NCBI RefSeq assembly: GCF_009914755.1 | Contig: NC_060936.1 | Source of the DNA: the human T2T-CHM13v2.0 reference genome, Homo sapiens | Strand: one strand, 5' to 3' | DNA: 64,000 nucleotides | Shown here: positions 1 through 13,370 of the stretch, piece by piece | Layout of the letters: each line of letters opens with the position of its first letter | Position numbering within the stretch: the stretch's first letter is position 1 | The notes under the pieces: generated by a model | Databases searched by the model: none | Told to the model about the DNA's origin: nothing | The model's input: the letters and a program-made list of their open reading frames with translations, nothing else | Program-made: the position numbers and the translations under genes

Positions 1-460
<460 letters not shown>

Positions 461-487
461 ATACTAAGCCTCTGCCAGGTGTGTATA

Positions 488-775
488 CAGTCACCTTCAG
501 TATCCATCAGGGAACTAGTTCCAGGATCCCTGTGGATACCAAAACCCACACATACTCAAGTCCTGCAGTTGGCCCTACAGATACCAAAAGTCAGATATAG
601 ATACCAAAGTATATGTGGGTTTTGCATCCTGCAAGTACTGTATTTTTTTATTCCTGTTTGGTTGTAGATTTAGAACCCACTGATATGGAGGGCTGGCTGT
701 ATGTAATGAAAAAAAAAAAACCCCACATAAAAGTGGACCACGCAGTTCAAACCGATATTGTTCTAGGGTCAACTG
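488..775. mobile_element. Tigger2-derived MITE (MER8/Tigger2a-like)
   Basis: CAGT...ACTG termini flanked by TA; aagtggaccacgcagttcaaacc...gggtcaactg terminal motif. Confidence 0.75.
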
Positions 776-974
776 TATTGCAAATTTCTATCAATGTGGG
801 GCTTCTCTTTCTACTTTCTCTATGGTATCTTTTTGTGAACCAAAGTTATGAACTTTAAGTAGGCATATATCTACATTTTCCTTTATGCCCTGTGTTTTCT
901 ATGACTGGTTAACAAAATCTTTCACATTCCTTGGGTCATAAAGATATAAAACTATATTGTCTATTAAAAGTCTT

Positions 975-1410
975 ACAGTTTGCAAACACTACCATCATAT
1001 ATGTAGAAAATCTAATGGAATCAACAAAAAGAATCAGTGAATTTAGCAAGGTTGCATTTTACAAGATTGGCACATTAAAACCTACATACTATTTATATAT
1101 ACTACAATCATTGGACATTGAATTAAAGAAAATTCTATTTATAATAGCACTAGAAAAGGAAATGTTTAGGAATAAATCTGACAAAAGACGTGCAAAATTG
1201 TACATTAAAAACTACAAACCATTGCTGAAAAATATTAAAGACTAAATAAATGCAGAGATGTACCTTGTTTATGGGTTTATTGGTAAAGACATCAATTCAT
1301 CCCAAATTGATCTATAGAGTCAATGTAAGTCCAATAAAAATCTTAGCAATATAAGCTCACTCTAAAATTCATATGGAATTGCAAAGGATGTAAATAACCA
1401 CAACAACATT
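975..1410 (+). mobile_element. Old L1M ORF2 fragment
   Basis: Degenerate ORF 931-1245 (IIYVENLMESTK...SEFSKVA...KNYKPLLKNIKD) is homologous to L1 ORF2. Confidence 0.8.
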
Positions 1411-2285
1411 ATTCCCATCTTAGCCTCCTGAGTGGGGGTACTTGTATAGTACTTGGAAATGACTTCTGCATGTGCATCCCTGAGAACATTTCTAACGTGA
1501 AGCCAACCAGAATCTCTTCTGCATGGACAACCTGGCCCTTACTAGGATATATATTGCGTTAGGTAGATGGAGCTGGGACCTCTGATTTTAGGCATTCCAA
1601 ACAGAAACCGAGTCTTGGCTCTGAACAATTCTCCAGATTATTCATGCACCTGCTTTTCCTCTTCATAGGAATCCCTCCCATGAAATGCATAATTTCTAGG
1701 GTCATTAATCTAAGCAGTGACATAATTTCAAAATAAATGATCCCAGAACATTATCTTGAACAGAAGCAAATGGGAACTTTAACTCTGAAGTTCACCCTCC
1801 CATTCTAATGACTTTTATCTCAGTGAGCTCATTATGGTTGGTCAGTGTTGGATTTTTGTCCACCTTGGCCAAGAAGAGGGATGTGGAGAACTGTAAAATT
1901 TTCTGCTCTGAACCTAATACCTACTTTCTTATTCTCTGATACTGAGAAAGTAACACACTCCCTCTAAATTACTCTTTTGAGCTAGCAATTCCTAGAATGT
2001 GATGTATGGCCTGGAATGGGCCAAATTGCAAAAAAAAAAAAAAAAAAAAAAAACCAAAACAAAACCTCCCTTCTGCAAAATTGCAAGAGTTGCCTGAACA
2101 GTGTCCACCAAACTTGCAGCTCTCCCTTTGTTGCTTTTGTGTTTTTCCCCTATAAAACCCCCTTATTCTTGATATTTGAATAATATACATTTTCTGTTGC
2201 ATTTTGAGATTCCAAGAATTTCTGACAGACACTCTTTAGTTACTTGAAAGATATTTTCACTGGGCATAGAATTATAAATTGGTAT

Positions 2286-2737
2286 TGTTAAATTACATTT
2301 GGCCTAGAGCTGCCTCTTTACATATTTTAAATTCTGCCTAAAGGTTTCCCCATACATAATTAACTATAACGCAATTTGATGTATAAAATAGACTGTAACC
2401 TACTCTTGTAACAAGTAGCCAAGTCTCAGCCAATCGCAGTAGCCAAACTTCAGACAACCACAGACAACTGTTCAAAGAAGGCAAAGGCAGGTTCAAAGAA
2501 GGCAAAGGCAGAGCTGTAACCAATCCAGCTGTTTTTGTACTTCACTTCCATTTTCTGTACATCACTTTCCTTTTTCTGTCCACAAATGTTATCCAACCAT
2601 GTGGCAGCCTGGAGTGGCTGTGAACATATTCTGGTTCTGGGGGCTGCCTGATTTGCGAATCATTCTTTGCTCAATTTGCGAATCATTCTTTGCTCAATTA
2701 AACTCTGTTAAATTTAATTTGTCTAAGGTTTTTAACT
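2286..2737 (+). mobile_element. MER57-family solo LTR (ERV1)
   Basis: tgttaaattacatttggcctagagctgcct start; aaactctgttaaatttaatttgtctaagg end; CCAAT boxes; two internal tandem duplications (about 21 bp at 2470-2511, about 23 bp at 2652-2698). Confidence 0.8.
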
Positions 2738-2739
2738 GT

Positions 2740-3730
2740 GTATTTTCTCTCCACGCATGAAGGATAAAATTAAATTCTCTTCTGAAGAAATGAGCTGTCA
2801 GTCTAATTGCTCTTGCCTTGAAGATGATTTCTTTTTCCACCCTCCTTAGCTGTTTTTTAAGATTTTCTCCTTCTCTTTGCTGTTCAGCAGTCTCATTCTA
2901 ATCTGTTTGGTGTGGATATTGTCTTACTGCTGGGATGCTTTGTGCTTCTTAAAGCCATGGGTTCAAAAATTTGGGAATATTCTCAGTTATCATACATTTA
3001 AATATTGCCTCTTCCCCATTCTATCTTTCTAGAACTATCATTTGGAGTACGCTAAACTTATTATCCTAACGTCTCTTATATCTTGATCTCCCCCCACCTC
3101 TCTCTCTCTCTCTGTGTGTCACATCTTTTTTTTAATGTTTCTTTGAGTTTCATTCAGGAAACATTTTCATATCCGTCTTTCAGTTCACTAATTCTACTGA
3201 GTCAAATCTGCTGATAAATCTACACAGTTTTAAACTTAATTTATCATATATTTCTTTTCTAGAATTTTTATAATTATAGTTATAAATCTGCTTATTGTCT
3301 GCTCATATTTCCAAAATTCTCTTTTATTTTTTAAATATCTTAAACACAGTGATTTTATATTTGTCTAATAAATCCAATACCTCTAATCTTTGCAGGTCCA
3401 GCTGATGACTGGGTGTTTCACTGATTCCTACTCATGGTGCCTAGTTCCCTGGTATATTTTATGTCATGAGTTACTCATTTTCTTTGGACTTTTATCTATG
3501 GAATGATTTGGGCTTGGATAGACATTGTTATTTCCAGAGAAGATTTACACTGGCTGTTGCTAGACACCTGGAGGTGCTGCAGAGCCAGAGCTACTTTCGA
3601 GTAAATCTTTACTAGAAGTTTTATGGGCACGGGAAACATAAAGTCAGGCCACATAAGGGCTGACTTCTGATTTTAAATTATTGGGGTAGAGTGTCCTGCT
3701 CTATCCAAGCCATGGTTGAGGGAGGAAACT
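2740..3730 (-). mobile_element. Old L1ME-like fragments
   Basis: T-rich degenerate antisense L1 motifs (tcttt cagttcactaattct, aatattctcag...tttaaatattgcctct). Confidence 0.6.
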
Positions 3731-3759
3731 TCCTTGCTGTCCTTTTATGCATTGGGGCA

Positions 3760-4090
3760 TTTTTTTCTTTTATAATAGTTGTATTGGGATCATTCACATG
3801 TCATCAATTCATCCTTTTAAAGCATATAACTCAGTGATTTTCAGTATATTCACAGAGTTGTGTAGCCATCATCACTACCTAATTTTAGAACATTTTCATC
3901 AGCCCCAAAAGAAACCCCACAGCCATTAGCAGTCACTCCCAAACCTCTTCTCCCCCCAGCCTCTGGCAACTACTAATCTACTCTGTGTATGGATTTGCTT
4001 ATTATGGACATTTCATATTAATGGAATCATACAGTATATCACCTTTTGTAACTGGTACTAGACCTAACATGTTTCCAAGGTTATGCATGG
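3760..4090 (-). mobile_element. L1MB 3' end
   Basis: tcacagagttgtgtagccatcatcact...tttagaacattttcatc...aaagaaacccc...ggcaactactaatcta motifs. Confidence 0.8.
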
Positions 4091-4213
4091 CAATTTTCAT
4101 ATTTCATTCACTCCCACGATGTAGGGGGTAGCCCTTAACATCTTAACTGATCTGAGTGTGACCATGTGACTAAATTTTTACCATTGGAATGTGGGCAGAA
4201 ATACAGTACAATT

Positions 4214-4346
4214 CTGGGTGCAGTGGCACATGCCTGTAATCCCAGCTACTTGGTAGGCTGAACCAGGAGGATCTCTTGAGCTCAGGAGTTTGAGATCACC
4301 CTGGCCAACACAGTGGGACCCATCTTAAAAAAAAAAAAAAAAAAAA
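4214..4346 (+). mobile_element. FLAM / Alu monomer within an old LTR fragment
   Basis: ctgggtgcagtggcacatgcctgtaatcccagctact...gagatcaccctggccaac followed by poly(A). Confidence 0.85.
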
Positions 4347-5629
4347 CCTAAACAAACAAAAAAAGAAATGAGGTATAAGACTTCTAGGCCATTTCCTTAA
4401 AAGCAAACTGCTTGCCCACTTTTTCCTTTTTTTCCATTTTTCCATTCCCATGAGCTGGGAGCTGGCACAAGGTCCTAGTGATAGTGAGCTGGCAGAAGCT
4501 AGAAAGTATAATACCCTAGTCACTACTGAAAAAGGAGAGGAAACCCAGGCCTTAGATAATCTTGTGCTGTACAGCCAGCAAACCTCCTAGAATATAATAT
4601 GATTGAAATCAACTTTGTTTAGATGGGTCTTTTGGTTTCAGCAGTTCAGCCTATATGCCAACTAACAATAAGAATGTAGCATCATTTATTTTACCATTCT
4701 CCTGCTAGATGGTTTTGTACTATTTTTAATAATGATAATGCTGCCATGGACATTTATGCACCTTTGACTTCCTCTCTAGTTATTTCCTTATAACACATTT
4801 CTAGAAGTGAAGCTGCTTATTAAAGAATGTGGACATTAAGTCTTTTAAAACATATTGCCAAATATCCTATTAGAAAAATAATTTGTTTTATGTTCGACAT
4901 CAGTGTAAAAGAGTGTTTTTTGGTTATTTTAAAAAACTTATAATTACCTAAAAAGTACTATTTGATAACTTGTGTAGGCACCCGATAATGGAAACTATTC
5001 AACAGTAAGTACTGGTTAATGAAAACTATTCATTTTGTTATTTGTAAAAATTCTGATGTTATGAAAACAACATGTGATTTCAAGCAAGCATGCAAGCCTG
5101 ATTTAAAGTAAGCACGCCAACATACCTAAACCTTTCAGCTGGGAAACAATGGTAAAAACTGTATTATGTTTGCAATGTAATTATCTTTAAGTACATTGAA
5201 AAATGCTAACATTTTCAGCATACACTGAACTTATTTTGGATTTCTGACTTGCATTTCCTGAGCTATAATTATAATCCTATTTTCCTATTTCAGCACAGTA
5301 TTTTTCTCATTTATATGTTGGTTCTCTAGCAGAATATGGTTTTCTATTTTCATAAATAACAGCAATATGGGAAAATATATAAGTGGTGATTTGACACAAA
5401 ATGAGGAGCTAATCCAATAACCCATCTCTTGTAAAGTAGCTAAATATTTTAGTCAATTTCACATAGATTATGAGGACAACTTCGTCCCTTTTGTTGTCTC
5501 TCATTGGTAACTTTTATTCTGTGAGAATGATAAATATGAAGCAGATAATGTCATCATATTCCAAGATGCAAGTGTGCTTTCAAATAAAATGAAAAGCTAA
5601 TGGATACATGTTATAAGCCAGTTATGGTA

Positions 5630-5646
5630 AACACACACACACACAT

Positions 5647-5692
<46 letters not shown>
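5630..5692. repeat. (CA)n microsatellite
   Basis: Seen directly; interrupted CA run. Confidence 0.98.
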
Positions 5693-5693
<1 letters not shown>

Positions 5694-5802
5694 GATGCAT
5701 ACTGAAAACCGGTCGTAATTCAACCTATATATTCTATCCATGTAAACATAAAAGTTATTGTTTTAATTAAAGAATACTTCTAATGAGATCTTCATTAGGG
5801 GC

Positions 5803-6312
5803 TGTGGGAGTCAGCCTCCAGAATATCCCCCAGTGATCTTACTTCCTAGTGTTCATGCCCTTGTGTAGCTCCCACAGAATAGGGTTAACTTGTGTAACCA
5901 ATTTGATATTATGGAATGATGAAGTGTGACTTCAGAAGCTAAGATCAAAGATATGATGGTGTCTGTCAGTCTCTTTCTTGGATCATTCACTTTGGAGGAA
6001 GCTAGCTACCATGTTATGAGGACAGCCAAGCTGCCCAATGGAAAACTCCACATAAAGAGAGAAATTAAGGCCTGTCGGACAACAACCAGCATTAACCTGC
6101 CAGGCACACGAGGAAGCCACCTTGGAAGTGGATCCTTCAGCTCCCCTTAAGCCTTCAGAGGACTGCAATCTCATGAGAGATACCACCACAGAGCCTCAGC
6201 TCAGCTTCTCCTGGATTTGTGACCCAGAGAAACTGAGTGAGACATAAATGTTCATTGTTTGAAGTTGTTAAGTTTTAGAGTCACTTGTGGCATAGCAATA
6301 GATGAGTAATAT
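5803..6312 (+). mobile_element. MLT1 (MLT1F-like) MaLR LTR
   Basis: tgtgggagtcagcctcca...gtgttcatgcccttgtgt start; ataaatgttcattgttt...gcatagcaatagatgagtaata end. Confidence 0.8.
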
Positions 6313-6976
6313 AGGGGCTTTGGAATATTAAATGAAGATCAATTAACTTGAATAAGTAACTGAAAGCAAAAGGAGATACCTTAATGAACAGTAAACTAAA
6401 ATCTAGATCCCCAAGTAACTATTAATTCATCAAAAATTTACAACATACTTATTACGCATAAGAGCGCTTCAACTGTTTCTAACTGTAAAGCAAGTGCTTC
6501 TGTCCTGAGCAGGCCCTCCAGCTCCTGTGTTTGGCCTCGTGGCAGGGCAAGCACAGCCTCCCTGGAACAGCCCGGGCTAGTGCTGAAAGACTCGTGAGAC
6601 AGATCACATCCATTCCAGTCTTTCTTAACCTTCTGGGACATTTCTCATGACACTTTTGGAAACATAAAAATCTTTTACATTCCTTTAGTACTAAATGAAG
6701 CTCAAAATACTTTGTATAAACACAATTATATATTAATTATAATGATGTATAAACATATGTTAATGCACTATTATGTATTTTATATAATATAAAAATAATT
6801 TTATGAAATAATACAACAGCTTTATAATTATACATTAAAATTATAATTTGTAAATTGTCTCCAAAATAAATTAGAGTAACAAAACAAAGGTGTTGCTTGT
6901 TTTGAACAATCCTACCATCTTCTCCCCACTATCCCCACTTCAGATAATACAGCCACCTGAAGAATTACTGTTCTGG

Positions 6977-7313
6977 TTTTTTTTTTTTTTCCTTTTTTTT
7001 TTTTTTTAGACTCAGAGTCTCACTCTGTCTCCCAGGCTGCTAGAGTGCAGTGGTGCAATCTCAGCTCACTGCAACCTCCGCCTCCCAGGTTCAAGTGATT
7101 CTCCTACCTTCTACCTTGGACTCTCGAGTAGCTGGGACTACAGGCATGTGCCACTATGCTTAGCCTTTTTTTTTTTTTTTTTTCCTGTGCTTTTAGTAGC
7201 AATGGGGTTTCGCTGTGTTGGCCAGGCTGGTCTCAAACTCCTGGCCTCAAGTGATCTGCCTACCTCGACCTTCCAAAGTGCTGGAATTACAGGCATGAGC
7301 CACTAAGCTCAGT
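6977..7313 (-). mobile_element. Alu (J or old S)
   Basis: Dimeric antisense Alu with poly(T); ctgttctg TSD on both sides. Confidence 0.95.
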
Positions 7314-8234
7314 CTGTTCTGTTCTTTAATCTCAACCATTAGGATCCTCTACACGGCGCCTTTTACAGAAATCCACCCAGAATAACCTCTAAAATTATAG
7401 TAAAAATAAGCTTCATTTCCCTTAGAACTGGCAGAGTAGAGTAAATCAAATAAAGTAAACAAGAAGATAGCCCAAAAAAACAAAAGCAAAAACCAAATGC
7501 AAACCAGGGGTTAGCTAAAAACCTGGTCAAAAAGATTGGAAAAATCAAGACCACAAAACAGTATGTACAATTAATAGCAATTCAAATGGTAGAGAATGCA
7601 GGTCAGTGAAATGGAACAACTTGAATGCTTTTTAAAGTTAGGCCTATTATACAAGAACGTGTTTTGAGACAAAGCAGGATAACACATTCACATTACTAAA
7701 GCCTGGCAACTGAGGAGAGCTGGCTGGATCATGAGTTCACATGCCTTAGCAAGAAACTTGGTAGAACTTTCAGATGATTGGTGCAGAGAGAATCAAATTT
7801 ACAACAGAATAATGTGTCACCTGTCAGAATCCTTAGAGTAAGAAGTGTTCCCCATGTGCAGTGGAGCAGCTGATATGTACAAATTACAAAATGAAGATTG
7901 ATGTCTACCTTTTTTTGCAGTTCAATGAAAAGCAGATTTTTGCCAAGTAAACATATATGTAATGTTTATTGTGATAGCTGGACCCATCCCAATCTTCTAG
8001 GTACAATAAAAAATCAGGGCAACTCTAAAACTGCCATTGAGCTTCCCAAATGGGTAATATAACTTTAAATCCTTGGCATTTTTGCAGAAAGGTAATTGGT
8101 GCTGACGTGCTTTGAATGAAAACAGTAAACAGAAAAAATAATTTGTGACTAGAATCTCTTCTGAGAATAATATAAATAGGAATGCAACTTATTCTGAGTA
8201 AGAATTGGCAAGGTATTTCCAAGGGGGGATTGAA

Positions 8235-9159
8235 TTCGCAACCTACTCATCTGACAAAGGGCTAATATCCAGAATCTACAATGAACTCAAACAAATTTAC
8301 AAGAAAAAAACAAACAACCCCATCAAAAAGTGGGCGAAGGACATGAACAGACACTTCTCAAAAGAAGACATTTATGCAGCCAAAAAACACATGAAGAAAT
8401 GCTCATCATCACTGGCCATCAGAGAAATGCAAATCAAAACCACTATGAGATATCATCTCACACCAGTTAGAATGGCAATCATTAAAAAGTCAGGAAACAA
8501 CAGGTGCTGGAGAGGATGTGGAGAAATAGGAACACTTTTACACTGTTGGTGGGACTGTAAACTAGTTCAACCATTGTGGAAGTCAGTGTGGCGATTCCTC
8601 AGGGATCTAGAACTAGAAATACCATTTGACCCAGCCATCCCATTACTGGGTATATACCCAAAGGACTATAAATCATGCTGCTATAAAGACACATGCACAC
8701 GTATGTTTATTGCGGCACTATTCACAATAGCAAAGACTTGGAACCAACCCAAATGTCCAACAATGATAGACTGGATTAAGAAAATGTGGCACATATACAC
8801 CATGGAATACTATGCAGCCATAAAAAATGATGAGTTCATATCCTTTGTAGGGACATGGATGAAATTGGAAACCATCATTCTCAGTAAACTATCGCAAGAA
8901 CAAAAAACCAAACACCGCATATTCTCACTCATAGGTGGGAATTGAACAATGAGATCACATGGACACAGGAAGGGGAATATCACACTCTGGGGACTGTGGT
9001 GGGGTCAGGGGAGGGGGGAGGGATAGCATTGGGAGATATACCTAATGCTAGATGACACATTAGTGGGTGCAGCACACCAGCATGGCACATGTATACATAT
9101 GTAACTAACCTGCACAATGTGCACATGTACCCTAAAACTTAGAGTATAATTAAAAAAAA
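8235..9159 (+). mobile_element. L1HS-Ta 3' segment (ORF2 C-terminus, 3'UTR, short poly(A)); probably Ta-0
   Basis: 3'UTR has the Ta-diagnostic ACA (gatgacACAttagtggg) and cttaGagtataat. Open ORF2 tail with CCHC motif ([18 protein letters not shown]), stop at 8945. cccaaaGgaCtat fits Ta-0. Confidence 0.95.
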
Positions 9160-9519
9160 TCATTTATTAAAACAAAGTTTTTATATTTTTATAATAGTGT
9201 TTCACTTGATAAATATTTTTGAATAAATGAATGAGGAAATTAAAAAAAAAAAAAAAAGAAAGAACTGAAGTTGCTGTAGGTAGCAAAGGCATAAACAAAA
9301 CATAAAGCAAACAGCCATAAACAAAAGAGAGTTTTCCCAGAGAAAATGACAATCTGCTTGAGAGGGCTGACCTCATGACATAGTCTAATTTCTCTTGGCA
9401 CAGAATTAAGATTCAAATTTGGGAAATATTCCATTTAAGATTATTTTAAAAGTCAAGTAGCTGAATACAAAGATTATTACAGCAGGAAAATTCACCCAAT
9501 GTACTAGTCATAGGAAGAA

Positions 9520-9650
9520 GAGGGTAGAATTAGAAGTCAGCAGACTTATTTTTCTTTTCCTAGCTCTGCCACTTAACTGGTTTTCTGAATTTTAGCAAAT
9601 TATTTAAACTGTCTGGGATTCAGTTTCCTCATCTATAAAAGGAAAGGGCG
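9520..9650. mobile_element. MIR
   Basis: tcctagctctgccactt...cagtttcctcatctataaaa core. Confidence 0.75.
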
Positions 9651-9769
9651 GGCTTAGAATCCAAAATTCACTGGTTTGTGCAAAATCAGATCAACTGGAA
9701 GTGGAGACCCAGCATCTTATGTTGAAGAAGATTCTTGGGCTACTTGGAGACTAATTAGGAAAGCAGACA

Positions 9770-10420
9770 TTACTCACTCACTACACAAACTAATTATTGA
9801 ACCAGGCACCATTCTAGGTGCTGCAGCAGCAAACAACACAGCCATCCTCATTCCCACAGAGCTTAGAATCTAGTACCAGGGGATAGCCAATGAATAAGTA
9901 AGCAAAGAATTTCACATAGTGACAATTGTCATGATGAAAAAACTACAAAAGTGATATAATAGAGAAGCACTAAGTGGGGTTGGGCAGTTGATGGGCTGGT
10001 CAGGAAGGCCCCGCTGGTTTCATGGGTGTGTAATCTTTGCGACTGCATATGGCCTCATGCTTAGAAGTCTCTGTTTGATTTAGTGCTCTGCTTGTACTGT
10101 CTTGAAATTATTAATCATTTTTAACAAGGGGCCCTGTATTTTCATTTTGCATGCAGGTCCTCATATTATGTAGCCTGTCATTCAGGGATATGTGATCTGA
10201 ATGACAATAAGAAGCCAGACGTATGTGAAGATGGTGGAAGGACATTCTATGAGTAAACAGCAAGTGCAACGTAACGTTGGTATGTCTGAGAAACAGAAAA
10301 AAGACTAAGATGGTTGATGCACAGAAGTAAGAGGAATACAGTGGCGGGAAATGATGCCGAGAAATAGGCAAGGGCCACTTCATACAAGGTCTTGTAGGAG
10401 ACTGGAAGTATAAGCATAGT
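9770..10420. mobile_element. L2 fragment with a MER91-like insert (about 10008-10180)
   Basis: ccaggcaccattctaggtgctg and gagcttagaatctag L2 motifs; aaggggccctgtattttcattttgca MER91 motif. Confidence 0.6.
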
Positions 10421-10539
10421 GTACTTGATTAAAAGGTGTACAAGCAGAGATACCCACCCACTGAAAGTGGGACACAAGAAAACTTGTATGTTTCTGTGTG
10501 AACTTAGATTGAGACCGTTATCTATTTATCTGTCTAGAA

Positions 10540-10695
10540 CTATATGTATATATAGTTACATATTTATATTTATATATGTCTATGTATACACACATAGTTA
10601 CATGTCCATATATATAGATATAAAGATACAGAGATAAAGATAGATATGAATATGTAACCATATATAGATATAGATATGGATATGTAACTATATCT
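10540..10695. repeat. (TA)/(TAGA)-rich low-complexity tract
   Basis: Seen directly. Confidence 0.85.
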
Positions 10696-11039
10696 CCATC
10701 CTGAGAATTTATAACCACAGGCCAAAAATATTATATCAGATTGAGATTTCAATGAATAATCTAGGAACCTCCAAGTAGGGGAATTAACATCAAAATAAAA
10801 TATGTCATAGGACAATAAAGCCCTCTGGGAAGGGCAACTCAGTGTGGGATCATCCAAGATAATGACATTGGAAAAGAGGCCTCACTAGAGGTATCTTCCA
10901 TGGACCCCTTGGGATACAATGAAGGCAGAAATTTCTAAATTTATTTGTATTAATTTTCAGAAAGGAGAAGTAAAGTACAGCCATTCTATGGGCTCCCACC
11001 TGAAGTACAGGGTATAAGGCAGCCATTGTAAATGTTCCC

Positions 11040-12360
11040 TTATTCTAGGGACCAGCCTATTGGTTGGTGATAGCCCTGTGGCATCTAAAAGAAGCAAATG
11101 CAAAAAAAAAAAAAAAAAACTTTCTAGAAGGACAAGCTCTCAACAGAGGCTGCACAGGATTGCCACAGATAAAACCGTGATGAAAATAGACTTATATGAC
11201 AATTATACAAAATGCATGAGGAAACAATCTACCGTGATCAGTAGCCAGTAGATGACAGCAGTGGATAACAACAATAAACAGCAGAGCCACAGGCACATTA
11301 AACTTTAGACCATAAAACTATCACTTAGGAGCAAAAATAAGCATGAGTATAATTATTTAAAGAAGATATGTAAAAAATTAAAAAATAGCTACTGTAAAAA
11401 CCTTCAGATTTAAAAAGATATAAAATGTAACTTCTTGAAAAAATACATATATACATACACACACATACACACACATATATATATAGAGTCAGAAAAAAGA
11501 ATCCTTCAACAGATATGCTAACCAGCAAACTGGATATATGTGAAGAAAAGCAGTGAACTGGATGAATGATCTGAATAAATTCCTCAGAATATGGCACTAA
11601 GAAATGAAATGTGTGAAAGAGCTTATGAGACAGGGAAAGCAGAATGTGATGGCCAGCATGCATCTCACCGGAATTCCAAAAGGACAGAAGAGAGATAATA
11701 TGGTAAGTAATATCTGAAAATATAATGGCTGAGAATTTTTCATAACTGATGGAAAACAAGAATCTTCATATTTAGGAAGGACAACGATCCCTTCCCAAGA
11801 TAAATAAAATTACACCTCTATCAAGATACATCAGTATGAAACTACAGAATTAAAAAAACAACAGGGCTCAAAGCATCCAAAGAAAAGATACAGTACAGGA
11901 AGAAGAAATGTCTGAATTCATTAAAAAAAATTTGACAAGAAATAATGAAAAAAACTGGTGTGCATGTGTGTAAATGTAAACACACGTGACTTGATGAAAA
12001 GGCAGTTGGTTAGAGTGGTGGGGAAAAAAACACTAAATATCTTATTTAGGAGACAAACCCACATATACAAATACAGACAGTTGAAATATTTGTGAAGAAA
12101 AAGAGGTGTAACAGGAAAATATCAACAAAAAGAAAAGTAGTAAAAATACAACAAATTTGAAGGCAAAAGTAGTTATCAGGGATAAATGTCATTATAATAA
12201 AATGTTCATTCCATAAGAGAAATAGTTCTAATCTTATAAACACCTGATAATATACTTCGAGCTATGTGAAGCAACACTGATTAATTTCAAAGAGAAACTG
12301 ACAACTTCACAATCATAATGGTAAGAGTTTAACATTCATTACCAGAAACTGCTAGATTAA
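11040..12360 (+). mobile_element. Old L1M 5'/ORF1-ORF2 fragments
   Basis: A-rich; ataatggctgagaattttt and aaactgacaacttcacaatcataatgg motifs. Confidence 0.6.
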
Positions 12361-12499
12361 TAATAATAACCTGTCAAAACCAATTTATTTACTGTACTCA
12401 TGCTTATTAAATAGCTTTGGTATTCCCTGATTTCTTAGCTTGTAGCTTATTCTGTAACTTTTATATTAATATGGCATAAAGGAAAGGGGACACAGATTG

Positions 12500-13370
12500 G
12501 TTAATTTATTTATTCAATAAGAATTTGCTAAGTGACTTCTAGGCTCCCACACACTGTTCTAGTCTGCTGTGTAGCAACACTAAACAGAACGTCTGTCCTC
12601 TCAGAGGACAGACATTCTAGAAATGTAGAGAAATGTCTAGAATGGAGCTTACATTCTAGAAAATAAATGGATTAGCATACAGATACATTTATATTTACAT
12701 GTTAAATATAGATGGAGAATTATATACCCTAAAGAGAAGCAGGGTAAGTAGGGCTAGGACATCAGGGTGGGTAGTTCTACTGTTTTGACAGGGCTCTCAG
12801 GGAAGGCACTATGCTGGGCAGAGAAAGAAAACACTCTGCAGATACCTGAAGACTTTGGCACTTGCTTGGAAAGTGCCACAGTCTGAGGGAGAAGACTGCT
12901 GGGGAGAGAAGCCTGCTGGAGAGAGAAGCCTGCTGGAGGGAGAAGCCTGCTGGAGGGAGAAGCCTGCTGGAGAGAGAAGCCTGCTGGGCAGGCAAGAACA
13001 GTGAGGGTCATCAGTGACGACAATGGAGGGAGCCAGGAAGACAGAAAGGGCAGGCCAGGCCAGGCCAGAGAGTTGTGTGTTGGACGTGGCCAGAATGTGT
13101 AGGACTCTGCAGGGCGTGGTTTTTATTCTAAATGATGTGAGAAGCCACGGCAGAGTGTTGAACAGAAAGTGGTGTGATCTGGCCTCATTTGAAAAGGGTC
13201 AGTGTGGCTGCTCTGCTTTGCAGGGAGAGGCAGGGGTTGGGGCTGATGCTGGGACACCAGTTAGGAGGCATCTGTAATAATCCTGGGGTGGCTGGAGCAG
13301 GTGTAAGAGGTAGAAGTGGTGTAAGGAAGTGGGAATCTGGGTACATCGTGAAGGAGCACAGACAGGATAA
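12500..13370. mobile_element. L2 fragment containing a palindrome and a 17-bp minisatellite
   Basis: ttattcaataagaatttgct, ggagcttacattctag and ccagttaggaggc L2 motifs. Confidence 0.7.
12887..12988. repeat. 17-bp minisatellite, 6 copies (GRGAGAAGCCTGCTGGA)
   Basis: Six near-identical units seen directly. Confidence 0.95.

Noticed and set aside
8232-8237. EcoRI site at the right junction as a cloning artefact
   Set aside because: The left junction has no EcoRI site, and an internal gaattc-based chimera would not restore L1 colinearity to within 20 bp. Not fully excluded without reads.
8205-8945. 246-aa ORF as a novel chimeric gene
   Set aside because: It starts at a TTG with only 10 flank-derived codons; the rest is the L1 ORF2 tail.
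12754-13023. Repetitive-peptide ORFs
   Set aside because: Artefact of the 17-bp minisatellite.
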